DNA of 64,000 bases, taken from assembly GCF_052425735.1 (NCBI RefSeq), contig NC_135761.1, positions 49,166,001-49,230,000 of the forward strand. Direction: 5' to 3'. This document shows, in pieces, positions 23,901 through 36,300 of this stretch. Each line of letters starts with the position of its first letter. Positions within the stretch are counted from its first letter, which is position 1. The DNA is from Oculina patagonica. Its lineage: Eukaryota. The notes beneath the pieces are model-generated. The model saw only the letters and a program-made list of their open reading frames with translations, searched no databases and was not told the DNA's origin. The translations under genes were made by a program, and so were the position numbers.

Positions 23901-26900
23901 CACGTCCAAAATCTACAGTAACTCACCGAGTGCAAGTTCACTTAAAGGCACATCTGGGCATCCAAAACGAACTTCATCGCAGAAGCTCAAGAAATCCCCC
24001 AAGGCATCCCCTAAGACTTCGAGGGAATCTGTTAAACTGAATACGAAACCATCGACGGATAAAGGCTTGCAGTCACCCCGTGCCTCGGTGGGGGAGATAA
24101 AAGTGACTTCTGGCACTTCCTTGCGTAAAAACGAGGGCGGCTCTCGACGAAGTTCCTCGAATAATGTGACCGTGGTTACTCCAAAAGGTTCCGTAAAGGA
24201 CATTCCCTTTTCACAGCGTGGCTCAAACACGAAGGTGGTCCTTTCTCCGAGTGGCTCACAGACGAAAGCAACTTTGTCTCAACGTACGTCTACAAAGGAA
24301 GCAACAATGTCCAAAAGTACACCATCTCAAAATGTCATCAAATCGTCTCCACAAAGTTCTAAACTGTTTGCACGCGCTTCTACGGAAAAAGCGATATCTT
24401 CGTCACGCACGTCTTTGGGAAAAGCGTCTCCACGAGGGTCACGGGAGAGGGCAGTGCTGACTCCACGTGAATCGACAGAGAGAGCAGTTTTGGCTCCGCG
24501 TGGTTCAAACCAGAAAGTCACATCATCACCACGCACCTCCAGAGAAAAGGTAGATCTATCATCAAGGACATCGAAAGGAAACGTCACGTTGTCTCCACGT
24601 GCATCTGCTGGTGACACTGCATTGTCTCCACGTGCTTCCAAAGGAAAAATCACGAAGTCTCCACGTGCGTCTACTGAGAACGCGGCATTGTCTCGAAATG
24701 ATCCTAAAGGAAATGCTACGACGGGTAATAAGGATCAATCACCACGCGCATCAACAGAGAACGCAGCATTATCTCCACGTGCCTCCAAAGGAAAAATCAC
24801 GCAGTCTCCACGTGCGTCTACCAACAACGCGGCATTGTCTCCAAGTGTTTCCAAAGGAAAAGCCACGACGGAAAATAACGATCAATCACCACGCGCATCA
24901 ACCGAGAACGCAGCATTGTCTCCACGTGTTTCGAAACAAAAAGTCATTCAGTCTCCACGTGCGTCTACTGAGAACGCAGCATTGTCTCCACGTGTTTCCA
25001 AGGAAGTGTCTGTGCAGTCTGCACGTGCGTCTTCCAAGAACGTGGCAGTATCTCCACGTGCTTCTAAAGGGAAAATTTCGCAGTCTCCACGTGGTTCTTC
25101 TGACAACGCAACACTATCTTCACGTGATTCCAAAGGAAATGTCTTGCAGTCTTCACATGCGTCTACCGAAAACGTAGTATTAACCCCACGTGCTTCTAAC
25201 GAAAACGCCATGCCGTCTCCTTCGCCTTCCAAGGAAAAACTCACGCCATCTCCTCGTGGTTCTGCTGAAAAGGTAGCATTATCTCCACGTGTCTCCCAGG
25301 GAAAAGTCACGCAGTCTCCACGTGCGTCAGCTGAAAGAATCGCACTTTCTTCTCGTGAGTCCAAAGAAAAAGTTGAGGGGCCTTCTTCATTTTCTACAGC
25401 AAATACCACACTATCTTCTAAATCAGAAGAGATTGTACCACCGAAAGCGAAAGACGACAGTGCATCATCTCCGAGTGTAGAACAGCCCGCTTCTTTACAG
25501 CGTATCTCTTTGCATAAAGTCTCGCCGACTGTTACACAATCTGATCAAGAAGTTTCAGCTTCGCCCAAAACAACCAAAAGCATGGTCAAAACACCTTCAA
25601 ATCATTCTGGCAAACCTTTGGATTCGCAAGATACCATGAAGAAAACTGAATCAACTGAGAAATCTAAAACTAATTTGAAAACACTTTCGCATTCTGGTGA
25701 GAAACTGACACAAGAGTTGGCTTCTTCAGCTCAAACGCCTGAGAAAGCAGCTGAACTCGACAGGGGCTCGGCAGAGATAGAGGGTAGACCACCAGCACCA
25801 ATACCGGACGTCCCCCAACCCCAAGAGGCAGGCTCAGAAGGAGATCGCTTTGATGCGAACAAAGGTGAAGCGGGTGGAGAATCCATTGAACCGAAGAACC
25901 TCGAGTTTAACAAGAGCTCAAAGAGAGCTGATTACAGCCTAGAGAGACTTATCCTGGACAAACGATTGACTCCCGAAGGCGCCGAAGCCGATACACGTCC
26001 AGCATCTAGCGCTGATGTTGCAGCCTCAAGAAAGCACACTGATCCATCAGCAGCACATAAAACCATCCCTGCCCAACTCGAGTCAAGCAAGTGCGTGAAA
26101 TCCTCCTTGACGGAAGCACCTGTTTCCATATCGGGTTTGCCGAGATCTTCTCGAGAAAAGACTGCATTGAAGGAAAGCGATGTTGAGAAAGAAGTCTTCA
26201 CTGCAAGGAAAAAACCCGAAGGTGAAGACCGAAGCGAGTTTGAGGGTGTGACGTCTGGTGCTGGGAACGCTTTGTCGAAGAAGGAGGAAGAAAAGAAAGG
26301 GTCAGTTAGCAAAATATCAGATGCCTTGACCAAGGAAAACCAGGTTGTTCAGCGTCCTGCTACAAACCAAAAAGACAAGAAAGATTTTGAAGGCCACCCC
26401 ATTTATAGAAAGGTGAGCGTTTCACGGTCCATTCACGACACAGTTGATGATATCGTACAGAGAATGTTAGATACAGCTGATGAGCCCAACGCAGGTTTCG
26501 AGGATTCCCGTCCTACGGGTTCGGGATCGCGCGAAAGAATGAGGCGGGACAGCGAGATAAACTTTGATGCGCCGAGAGGGTTTGGCAGAGAGAGAATGCT
26601 TCCCACTGGCAAGGTTTCCAGAACAGTGATGGAAACTGTAGATTTTATGGTCCAAAGTGTTTCATCTTCAGATGAGAGGAGACCTCGCCAAAGCTCTGGA
26701 AGACGGTTTAGCGGAGGTGGGTAACACTGAATCAAATTTCAAAACGCAGCACACAAATTGAACTTCTTTCAAACTAATATGCTATACAGTCAACTCTCTT
26801 TTAACAGACACTTCTTAAAGATGCACACCTAGTGTTGGTCCCGTCTCTGACGTTTTTTAGTCATTTTACTGTTACTAAACTTGCTATAAGACGGAAACCA

Positions 26901-27696
26901 CTTTAAGGCAGGTGGTTGGAACCGGTCCCAACGGTGCCCGTAAAAAGAAAGTTGATTGTTCCACTCGGATATGTGCTTACCAGTTTTTTTCGGATGGAGT
27001 GTATATTCCATGCCAATCACAAGGATTAGTAGCCTTATATCCTTTTATTCGGGGAAATATGTAATTTATAGTAAGCAAATTGTCTAAATTCACAGCACAC
27101 CATCAATTATATAAGAGGTTTTAACCATCAAATAAGAGGTTTACACCATTAAATAAGAAGTTGTCATTTCTATTACAAGCTCGATGTCCCTGAAGATGCC
27201 AACCTGAGTTGCATTACGTTATGACTTTTGCCTTTAATCTTTCTTAGGCATTACAAGAACAACCTCTTCAAAGGAAAAACTCCCAAAGGGTGCCACCACC
27301 TCAGGTCAAGATATTTCTTGTGTCTACGGAGTCAGCCCTTCACCTCCTACAGGCCCTCAGCCGAAACTTCCATCTCCCAAACGATCCCGACTGAGGGCCA
27401 CGTCTTCTCAAGACTCCCTGGGGATCCGAGCTACGCAGTCGGATTCAAGCATACTCAGTTCATCCAGTGATAAAGCCGCTGACCTCAGACCTAAGGTGTC
27501 CGGCGCATGGCTTGACAGCGTCATCGGTGCAGGTGGAGACGCGTCTCTCGGGTCCCAGTCCCCAAAGAGACCTTCCTCGAGCCCAACCTTCTCGCAGCAA
27601 AGACGTCGTTCTTCAGAGAGGCTCTTAGTGAAGAATTCTTTGGAGGGAGTTTCCCTTGCAACGGATGGTTCTGTGGGAAATATAATTAACTCCTAA
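11956..27696 (+). CDS. FSIP2: Fibrous sheath-interacting protein 2-like (FSIP2 N-terminal domain, coiled coil, giant repeat exon), about 2530 aa, 8 exons
   Basis: Phase-consistent exons: 11956-12129, 12472-12610, 13251-13657, 14490-14600, 15720-15867, 17505-17662, 20710-26716, 27248-27696 (7593 nt). The N-terminus KFPLIPGS...FCTTSISQKL...FDLTDPY...YNVLHDPHLKEYF...LVEKGFITNSGFVKCTLLEFNMFRQW matches the conserved FSIP2 N-terminal block as I recall it (KLPxIPGS...LSDPY...LHDPHL...GYIT...VxCTLxExNxYRQY). Candidate AATAAA at 27962. Homology is evident only in the N-terminal part. Confidence 0.8.
13848..13927. mobile_element. 80-bp MITE with 9-bp TSD
   Basis: TIR CAGCCTCGATCCCAGGCTCTCTC / GAGAGAGCCTGGATCGAGGTTG; TSD TGTTTTCTG. 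Confidence 0.85.
13958..14061. mobile_element. 104-bp MITE with 9-bp TSD
   Basis: TIR TCGCCTGCGAACAGGCTT / AAGCCTGTTCGCAAGCTA; TSD CACCAGTAT. Confidence 0.85.
14175..14358. repeat. About 180-bp foldback element
   Basis: The arms aatgggcc..acaaaataacaccttgctggagg..aagctacgc..ggacatt and aatgtcc..gcgtagctt..cctccagcaaagtgttattttgt..gggcccatt are reverse complements around a short loop. Confidence 0.7.
15899..16390. mobile_element. Tc1/mariner-type MITE with TA TSD
   Basis: TIR CCGTAATGATTCGATTTAGCGCCC / GGGCGCTAAATCGAATTATTACGG; TA on both sides; about 11 internal AATAAGCGCCC repeats. Confidence 0.88.
16584..17192. mobile_element. 609-bp foldback element (arms about 295 bp) with TA TSD
   Basis: CAGTCAAACC...GGTTTGACTG termini; the whole element is self-complementary around a loop of about 20 nt near 16880-16898. 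Confidence 0.88.
17943..18177. mobile_element. PIF/Harbinger-type (Tourist-like) MITE
   Basis: TIR AGCCTGGTTTTCACTA; TSD TTA on both sides; internal GCAAGCACAAGC repeats. A related, interrupted copy lies at about 59395-60235. Confidence 0.8.
18607..19155. mobile_element. MITE with TA TSD inserted in a C-rich tract
   Basis: Perfect 21-bp TIR GGCCTTTCTCGATTATGCTAG / CTAGCATAATCGAGAAAGGCC; TA at 18605-06 and 19156-57. Confidence 0.88.
20710..26716 (+). CDS. Giant 6007-nt internal exon of the FSIP2-like gene (copy A)
   Basis: Acceptor ttag|GTT at 20710 is in frame with ORF 20794..26724. Donor GGA G|gtgggt at 26716 (phase 1) joins the open frame of exon 27248-27696. Confidence 0.85.
21070..23163 (+). 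repeat. Degenerate coding repeat of about 65-75 aa (AKDxAxxxxxSAxRSLER...AAxxLAxDAxxxAxASLERLY), at least 6 copies plus flanking amphipathic helices
   Basis: ASLERLYG, ASLERLYS, ASLENLYG, ASVDWIYS, ASLEKLYG and ASLERLYN recur at regular spacing in ORF 20794..26724. Confidence 0.8.
24427..25380 (+). repeat. Coding tandem repeat: about 28 units of 11 aa / 33 nt (S-P-R-A-S-x6), two units extended to 16 aa
   Basis: SPRASTENAAL and SPRASKGKITQ-type units alternate; DNA core tctccacgtgc. The counterpart in copy B is at about 34025-34981. Confidence 0.9.
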
Positions 27697-28257
27697 ACGA
27701 GAATGTTTTAATTAAAAATACTTTAACCTTTTTGGGGGAAAGCTCTCGGTTTGAATGAATTTATACATTATAAAAATATCTTGATTGCCAAATTTCTTAT
27801 TTTTTCATCAATGTCATTTCTAACTTTTACTTTGAGTATTTATTGCTAAAAGCAGAATTTTATTGACGATTTTTCTTTTTCATATGCCGCTTGCATTTTT
27901 AATATTTTTCTTTCTTTGTAATCTAAATCTGACAGATATCATTTAAAATAATTTGAAGATAAATAAAATTCATTTAAATGCTCGTCGTTTGCTTATGATT
28001 CCCCATTTAGTTAAAAAACCTATCGAAAGACTGTAGTGGTGATGGGAAAAGATTATGCATTTGCATTTCCAAGGGACTGTAAATGGAAAAAAGGAGTGCA
28101 AATTGCACCAACTGGCGAGACTGCAAATTCAGCCAGATAGTAGCAAAACGGAGGATAAGCTCGAAGGACCTCCAGATTTCAAACCCAGTGTCCTAAACCA
28201 CCGTAAAAGCTCTATTAGACCCACTCTCAAATAAGCTTCCCTATGGAGGTTATTTTT

Positions 28258-28757
28258 NNNNNNNNNNNNNNNNNNNNNNNNNNNNNNNNNNNNNNNNNNN
28301 NNNNNNNNNNNNNNNNNNNNNNNNNNNNNNNNNNNNNNNNNNNNNNNNNNNNNNNNNNNNNNNNNNNNNNNNNNNNNNNNNNNNNNNNNNNNNNNNNNNN
28401 NNNNNNNNNNNNNNNNNNNNNNNNNNNNNNNNNNNNNNNNNNNNNNNNNNNNNNNNNNNNNNNNNNNNNNNNNNNNNNNNNNNNNNNNNNNNNNNNNNNN
28501 NNNNNNNNNNNNNNNNNNNNNNNNNNNNNNNNNNNNNNNNNNNNNNNNNNNNNNNNNNNNNNNNNNNNNNNNNNNNNNNNNNNNNNNNNNNNNNNNNNNN
28601 NNNNNNNNNNNNNNNNNNNNNNNNNNNNNNNNNNNNNNNNNNNNNNNNNNNNNNNNNNNNNNNNNNNNNNNNNNNNNNNNNNNNNNNNNNNNNNNNNNNN
28701 NNNNNNNNNNNNNNNNNNNNNNNNNNNNNNNNNNNNNNNNNNNNNNNNNNNNNNNNN
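28258..28757. other. Assembly gap, 500 N
   Basis: Run of exactly 500 n, probably a fixed-size scaffolding gap. Confidence 0.99.
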
Positions 28758-30307
28758 CCCCCCTCGCCCCCCCCCCCCGTCTATCATGTGTTATTTTTCG
28801 TCCCATCTGGCGTAGAAACTCCACCGTGTTTCAAGAGCTGTGCTAATTGGTCGCTTGGTGTGCTCCTTAGGTACATAGAGGCTCGTTGCAAAGCAAGGCA
28901 ATTGACCTGGACCACCAGGACAGACGCAGGTCTCGTTTGTCAAGCGTCTGGGATTTAGAGTCTTCATTGCGAAGTGAATTTGGAATCGAAGATAACGTGG
29001 TTTACAGGTAATGGAGTACGAGAGCATTATTGAGTAACATATTGCAAAACTGAGGTTACGAACCTCCTGCGGTGTCAAGAACCTTGTGATAGCACGTAGC
29101 CTGATAAAATTTTTTCTGGTCGATCCCATTTTGTATCAATCTTCTCCATTCCCTCCCCGCGAAGGCGTGTACGAAAACATTTTTTTTATTACGGGGAGGC
29201 TCCGCCCGCATCTCCTCGTTCCAAACCCTTACCCTTTCATATGCCATTTTTGACAGAAAAGGTAACCCGCTCGCATACCCTCAATAAATAAGGTAGCTCT
29301 TACAAGACAATACAATACTTTATTTAACCACGCGACACCTAGGAGCGCAAGCGCTCGTTAAAATGTGTGCGTGAACGCAAAATTATATAATTATTAATAT
29401 AATCAAATACCTACAGAAGAGATACTGCTTACTCTTAATTTTTCACTTGAATACCCCTGAATACTTAGATGAATTGACCGTACGGTGGGTGTGTTCGAGA
29501 TATTCCCGACTCTTTGCAATACTCCCACTCGTGAAATCCCTACCTTTTTATGCCAACAGCGTGAAAAATGTATCCCTTTTGTGAAGATCCTCCCCGTATG
29601 GTTAACATCGAAGAAGGAAAAGAAATAACCCAAATAATGCATCAACACAATAAATTGAAGTAAAATCTGTCACTCTGGTGCGCGTTATTCCACTAAATCT
29701 CTTTCACTGGTTTGACTTTCTTGTCTGCTTTTTAGCGGTGTTGTTTTCGGGGGAAGGAAGACCAAACGTGATGCTAGACAAAGTGTCCAGCTTGAAGCGG
29801 TAAGATCAGCTGATGTCTTCTCTTGACCTTTTTTTTTTATCAAATTCAAGCAGACAGGTTGTGAGAATGAGTAATCTGAACATTTGAGCAAAGTCGTCTT
29901 GACTTGAAGGACGCGAAGAACCATTACCTTTGGACAAGACGTGTTATTTCCTAAAGCTTCAAAATTCTAAAGTTTCCAGCATCGATCACGTTAAAACGCA
30001 CAGACGATGAAGGAAGCACCGTGATCAGGAAGATCGTTTACTGACAGATCTGTTTTGTCAGCAATGTTTCAAGATACTAAACAATGTGATTGGAATGAAA
30101 CGATTTTATTACGTAGTTGAAAATTATAACCATTTTTGTTACTTGACATAGGTCGATTTGTAATTTCAGTAAGAAGAAGCAAGCACTGATTTCCAGGCGA
30201 CCTTAAATTTACAAATTACGTTGAAAGTTCTATCCTTCCAACCTTGCTTTCTTTTTAGTAGTAGCGCATTAGCTTATCTAGATTGTAATTGTTCCTTGAA
30301 ATGTTAG

Positions 30308-33300
30308 GTTGCAGAGGAAGGGACTTATGAAGAAACAGACGAATCAGCCAGGTTTGAGAAACTGTGGTCAAGGCTGGAGGCAGAGCTGGCCTTGCGCGAG
30401 AGAGTGCACTACGTCGTGTTTGGCATAATATCAAACGCTGAAGAGGTTTTGAATCAACGAGAGAGGCAGGAAACCTACAAGAAAATTCCAAAGTACGTTC
30501 AGGGAATTGTAGACGCCGCGCAGGGTATCTTGGCCAATGAACAGATTAATGATGGCGACGTACGAGCAAAAGTAAGGAACTATATCCTACAGGTCATTGA
30601 AGACGCGTCTCTTGATATTGATGATTCTGGGTTGTTGCTATCTTCGGACGCGAAAACAAGACGAAAGGCTCGAGAGATCGTTACAAACGCTATTAACACT
30701 GCTAGAGATGTGTCCTTTCGCAACACTGCCAAAGAAGTTGTAGCAGCTGCTATTAGAGGTGCTGCTCAAAAATCCGCCCAGGACATTTCTAAAGATCTTG
30801 CTGAAAGCGCGAAGGACGTCGTGGCGGCTGCTATTATATCAGCGACGTGCTATAACAAGGACGCCCATCAGGTGATTGCAGCGAGATCTCTAGCAGTTGA
30901 TGCCGCGAATGCAGCGAAAGCTTCGTTAGAACGGTTATACGGCGTTAAGCGTGAGCTAGTCGTTTGTAAGCAAAGGGATGCTCGTAAAAGCTCGGTAAGC
31001 CTGGATAGGTGCGCAAAAGATGTTGCAACTGCGTCTATTATTTCTGCTACAAGATCATTGGATAGAGTAATTGATAAGGATAAATGTGATGTGATAGCGG
31101 CGCGAACGTTGGCGACTGACGCACTTACAGCAGCAAAAGCTTCCCTCGAGAGGTTGTATAGCGTGAAATTTGAAGAGGAAGACGATGATCAGGATTATTA
31201 CAAAGCCGTATCCAAAAGCCTTGTAAAATCGGCAAAAGAGATCGGTCAAGCTGTTGTCAGTCCAGCTGCAAGATTACTTGAGAAAACTACTGGAAAGGAC
31301 GATCTTGAAGATTTGACAGCGCAGTGGCTTGCAAATGATGCGATTCAAGAAGCGAGGGCGTCGTTAGAGAACCTTCATGGCATTAAAGTTGAAGAGAAGG
31401 ATCAGAACGAGCAAGCCGCTAAGGATATTGCAGCCGTCGCCGTTTTGTCAGCCGCACGTTCTTTGCAAAGAGACTTGATAAGCAACGATCGTGATTTCGC
31501 AATGGCGGCACGAGGTTTGGCTAGCAACGCTTTGGATTCTGCAAAGGCATCTGTCGATTGGATCTACAGTACGAAAGTTGCAACAGAAACCGAAATTGTA
31601 GGAAAGGACAACAAAATGTATCCAGATTTGGACCAGGTTGCAAAAGACATTGCAGAGGTCGCTGTCGATTCGGCAACAAGATCCTTGGAGAGGATCGCGG
31701 TTAAACACGAATGGGATTTGACAGCAACAACTCGCAAGCTGGCAAACGATGTGCTTAACTCTGCAAAGGAATCTTTGGAGAGGCTCTATGGAATCAAGTG
31801 CGAGCCTGAAGAGGTACCAATACTGGCATCACAAGAAACATCGCAGAGCTCTTTGGAATATCCCATTCCTTCAACGAAAGATTCGTCACAAAGTGTGAAA
31901 GGACACGAGCAAGAGTTGTGGACTGCAGCACAAAGTCTTGCTAAGGATGCCTGGAAATCAGCAACAGCATCATTGGAACGCCTGTACAATATTGCAGATC
32001 AGATGGAAGACAACATCAAGCACACTGCCTTGGACATTTCCAAAACCCTAATGGATTCTTCTGGAAACCTTCGGCAAAAACTCGAGAAGGAAGGCCTCGC
32101 AGTTGCAGCTCGAGATCTTGCATGTAATGCAATTGTGTCGGCCGCCAAAGCCTTCCCGAAACTGCAGGAAGACGAAACGTCTTTGCAGGACATTGCTGGA
32201 AGTGACACAAGCCTGTTAAACGCGGCAGCAAAAGTGTCCACGGTTTCTGCTCGAGCTTCGTTGGGGGAGCTCTTTGATCGAGGTTTTATTGGTAGTCTGG
32301 AGTTGGAAGAAGCTACAGGCTATTTGGCAACCCATGCAGTGGTATCTGCTGAAAATCTGCTCGACACGTTGCAAGACGAAACTGCAACTTTGGATTTGGA
32401 TTTGGAGATTTGCAAAGCCGCCACCGAGCTGGCATCGCGTGCAGTTGTGTCAGCCGAGGGGTCAGTAGCTCGCTTGGCTGGGGAACACCAGACTTCAAAT
32501 GACCGTGATACTAACGACGGGAACTTGTTTTGGAAGGTTACTACTTACGTGGAAGGCCTCATCAACGGTGCTTTGAGGCATCTTGGGGCAGAGGGATACA
32601 TTGTCGATATCAATGACGATCAAGAACAATTCGAAGTCCTTACGCATGACCAGGCTCGTTCAGCCGATGTGGAATACGGTACACATGTTGAAGATATTTA
32701 CCAGAGAGAAATCCTGGCATTGAAAGCTTCAAGAATTGTGAACGATGTTGTTGAGAGTGCCATGGAAATTGTAAAAACCAGGATGACAAATGAGTCGTTT
32801 TTTGCCGGTCAATCCGTTGGAGATGGCGGACCGCGCAATGCCCGATTCGCTCGCCGACGAAGCAGTTCCGTGCACTTCAACGAAAAGTCAATCTTCCGTT
32901 CTCGCCGGGACAGCTTGAGTATTGCGAATAGGCCTCCTACTCCACGTTTTATGAAGGGTCTTGCCGGCTCCGTTGTTACACAAGAAATCGACGAACTCGA
33001 GAAAGAATTGGGGATTCCATCGGAAATTGAGGTAACGGCTACTAATGCATCGAGCAGTGGACCTGTTCCACGACGTTCGTCCGACCCTGGGTTAGAGTTT
33101 CACTCTCGAGATGGTGCATCTTCGCGACCAGACCCGTCGGCATCTGATTCCAAGATTGACGTCAACGAGCAAGGGACTTCCCTGAACGAGAAACTGTCCG
33201 TGTACGAAATCATCAAGAGGCGAGAAGAGACAGCTAGCTGCGAGATCTCCCCATGCGAGTCATATGTGGTACTTCCACAGCTAAACCCATCGGAGCGTTC

Positions 33301-36300
33301 CCTGATCGCCGCTCGAGTGGAGTCTTATGAAGTGTTGTGGAAACAGAGGATGTCAACCCCGTCGGTGACAAGTCTGCCATCCTTGTCCCCCAAAGGCTCA
33401 TTTGTTGCCAGCGAGAGTGCAGAACAAGCTCATCCTCGTAAAGAATCAAAGAGTCGTTCGGTGCCTTCATCATCTCATCTACCAGACATTAGTAGCTCTA
33501 CGTCCAAAATCTACAGTAACTCTGCTAGTGCAAGTTCACTTAAAGGCACATCTGGGCATCCAAAACGAACTTCATCGCAGAAGCTTAAGAAATCCCCCAA
33601 GGCATCCCCTAAGACTTCGAGGGAATCTGTTAAACTGAATGCGAAGCCATCGACGGAAAAAGGCTTGCAGTCACCCCGTGCCTCAGCGGGGGAAATAAAA
33701 GTGACTTCTGGCACTTCCCTGCGTAAAAACGAGGGCGGCTCTCGACGAAGTTCCTCGAATAATGTGACCGTGGTTACTCCAAAAGGTTCCGTAAAGGACA
33801 TGCCTTCTTCACAGCGTGGCTCAAACACGAAGGTGGTCCTTTCTCCAAGTGGCTCACAGACGAAAGCAACTTTGTCTCAACGTACGTCTACAAAGGAAGC
33901 AACAATGTCCAAAAGTACACCATCTCAAAATCTCATCAAATCGTCTCCACAAAGTTCTAAACTGTTTGCACGCGCTTCTGTAGAAAAAACGATATCTTCG
34001 TCACGCACTTCTTTGGGAAAAGCGTCTCCACGAGGGTCACGGGAGAGGGCAGTGCTGACTCCACGTGAATCGACAGAGAGAGCAGTTTTGGCTCCGCGTG
34101 GTTCAAACCAGAAAGTCACATCATCACCACGCACCTCCAGAGAAAAGGTAGATCTATCATCAAGGACATCGAAAGGAAACGTCACGTTGTCTCCACGTGC
34201 ATCTGCTGGTGACACTGCATTGTCTCCACGTGCTTCCAAAGGAAAAATCACGCAGTCTTCACGTGCGTCTACTGAGAACGCGGCATTGTCTCCAAGTGTT
34301 TCTAAAGGAAAAGCCACAACGGAAAATAAAGATCAATCACCACGCGCATCTACCGAGAACGCGGCATTGTCTCCACGTGCCTCCAAAGGAAAAATCACGC
34401 ATACTCCAGGTGCGTCTACCAACAACGCGGCATTGTCTCCAAGTGTTTCCAAAGGAAAAGCCACGGCGGAAAATAACGATCAATCACCACGCGCATCTAC
34501 TGAGAACGCAGCATTGTCTCCACGTGTTTCGAAACAAAAAGTCATTCAGTCTCCACGTGCGTCTACTGAGAACGCAGCATTGTCTCCAAGTGTTTCCAAG
34601 GAAGTGTCTGTGCAGTCTGCACGCGCGTCTTCCAAGAACGTGGCAGTCTCTCCACGTGCTTCTAAAGGAAAAATTTCGCAGTCTAAACGTGGTTCTTCTG
34701 AGAACGCAACACTACGTTCACGTGTTTCCAAAGGAAACGTCATGCAGTCTTCAAATGCGTCTACCGAGAACGTAGTATTAACCCCACGTGCTTCTAACGA
34801 AAATGCCATGCAGTTTCCTCCTTCGCCTTCCAAGGAAAAAATCACGCCATCTCCTCGTGGTTCTGCTGGAAAGGTAGCATTATCTCCACGTGTCTCCAAG
34901 GGAAAAGTCACGCAGTCTCCACGTGCGTCTGCTGAAAAGATGGCACTTTCTTCTCGTGAGTCCAAAGAAAAAGTTGAGGCGCCTTCTTCATTTTCTGCTA
35001 AAAATACCACACCACCTTCTAAATCAAAAGAGATTGTACCACCGAAAGCGAAAGACGCCAGCGCATCATCTCCGAGTGTAGAACAGCCCGCTTCTTTACA
35101 GCGTATCTCTTTGCATAAAGTCACGCCGACTGTTACACAATCTGATCAAGAAGTTTCAGCTTTCCCCAAAACATCCAAAGCTATGGTCAAAACACCTTCA
35201 AGTCATTCTGGCAAACCTTTGGATTCGCAAGATACTGTAAACAAAACTGAATCAACTGAGAAATCTAAAACTGATTTGAAAACACTTTCGCGCTCTGCTG
35301 AAAAACTGACACAAGAGTTGGCTTCTTCAGCTCAAACGCCTGAGAAAGCAGCTGAACTCGACAGGGACTCGGCAGAGGTAGAGGGTAGACCACCAGCACC
35401 AATACCGGACGTCTCCCAGCCCCAAGCGGCAGGCTCAGAAGGAGATCGCTTTGATGCGAACAAAGGTGAAGAGGGTGGAGAATCCATTGAACCGAAGAAC
35501 CTCGAGTTTAACAAGAGCTCAAAGAGAGCTGATCACAGCCTAGAGAGACTTATCCTGGACAAACGATTGACTCCCGAAGGCGCCGAAGCCGATACACGTC
35601 CAGCATCTAGCGCTGATGTTGCAGCCTCAAGAAAGCACACTGATCCATCAGCATCACATAAAACCATCCCTCCTCAACTCGAGTCAAGCAAGTGCGTGAA
35701 ATCCTCGCTGACGGAAGCACCTGCTTCCATATCGGGTTCGCCGAGATCTTCTCGAGAAAAGACTGCATTGAAGGAAAGCGATGTTGAGAAAGAAGTCTTC
35801 ACTGCAAGGAAAAAACCCGAAGGTGAAGACCGAAGCGAGTTTGAGGGTGTGACGTCTGGTGCTGGGACCACTTTGTCGAAGAAGGAGGAAGAAAAGAAAG
35901 GGTCAGTTAGCAAAATATCAAATGCCTTGACCAAGGAAAACCAGGTTGTTCAGCGTCCTGCTACAAACCAAAAAGACAAGAAAGATTTTGAAGGCCACCC
36001 CATTTATAGAAAGGTGAGCGTTTCACGGTCCATTCACGACACAGTTGATGATATCGTACAGAGAATGTTAGATACAGCTGATGAGCCCAACGCAGGTTTC
36101 GAGGATTCCCGTCCTACGGGTTCGGGATCGCGCGAAAGAATGAGGCGGGACAGCGAGATAAACTTTGATGCGCCAAGAGGATTTGTCAGAGAGAGAATGC
36201 TTCCCACTGGCAAGGTTTCCAGAACAGTGATGGAAACTGTAGATTTTATGGTCCAAAGTGTTTCATCTTCAGATGAGAGGAGGCCTCGCCAAAGCTCTGG

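Noticed and set aside
24327-25409. Long antisense and alternate-frame ORFs over the SPR repeat (also 33925-35124)
   Set aside because: Shadows of a 33-nt coding repeat that lacks stops in other frames; no independent coding evidence.
20794-26724. Treating the 1976-aa ORF as a stand-alone single-exon gene or retro-element
   Set aside because: It starts at TTG, is open upstream to a splice acceptor at 20710 and has a phase-compatible donor before the stop; no RT, integrase or transposase motifs.
28129-28824. ORFs of 186-231 aa spanning poly-X
   Set aside because: Artefacts of translating the 500-N gap.
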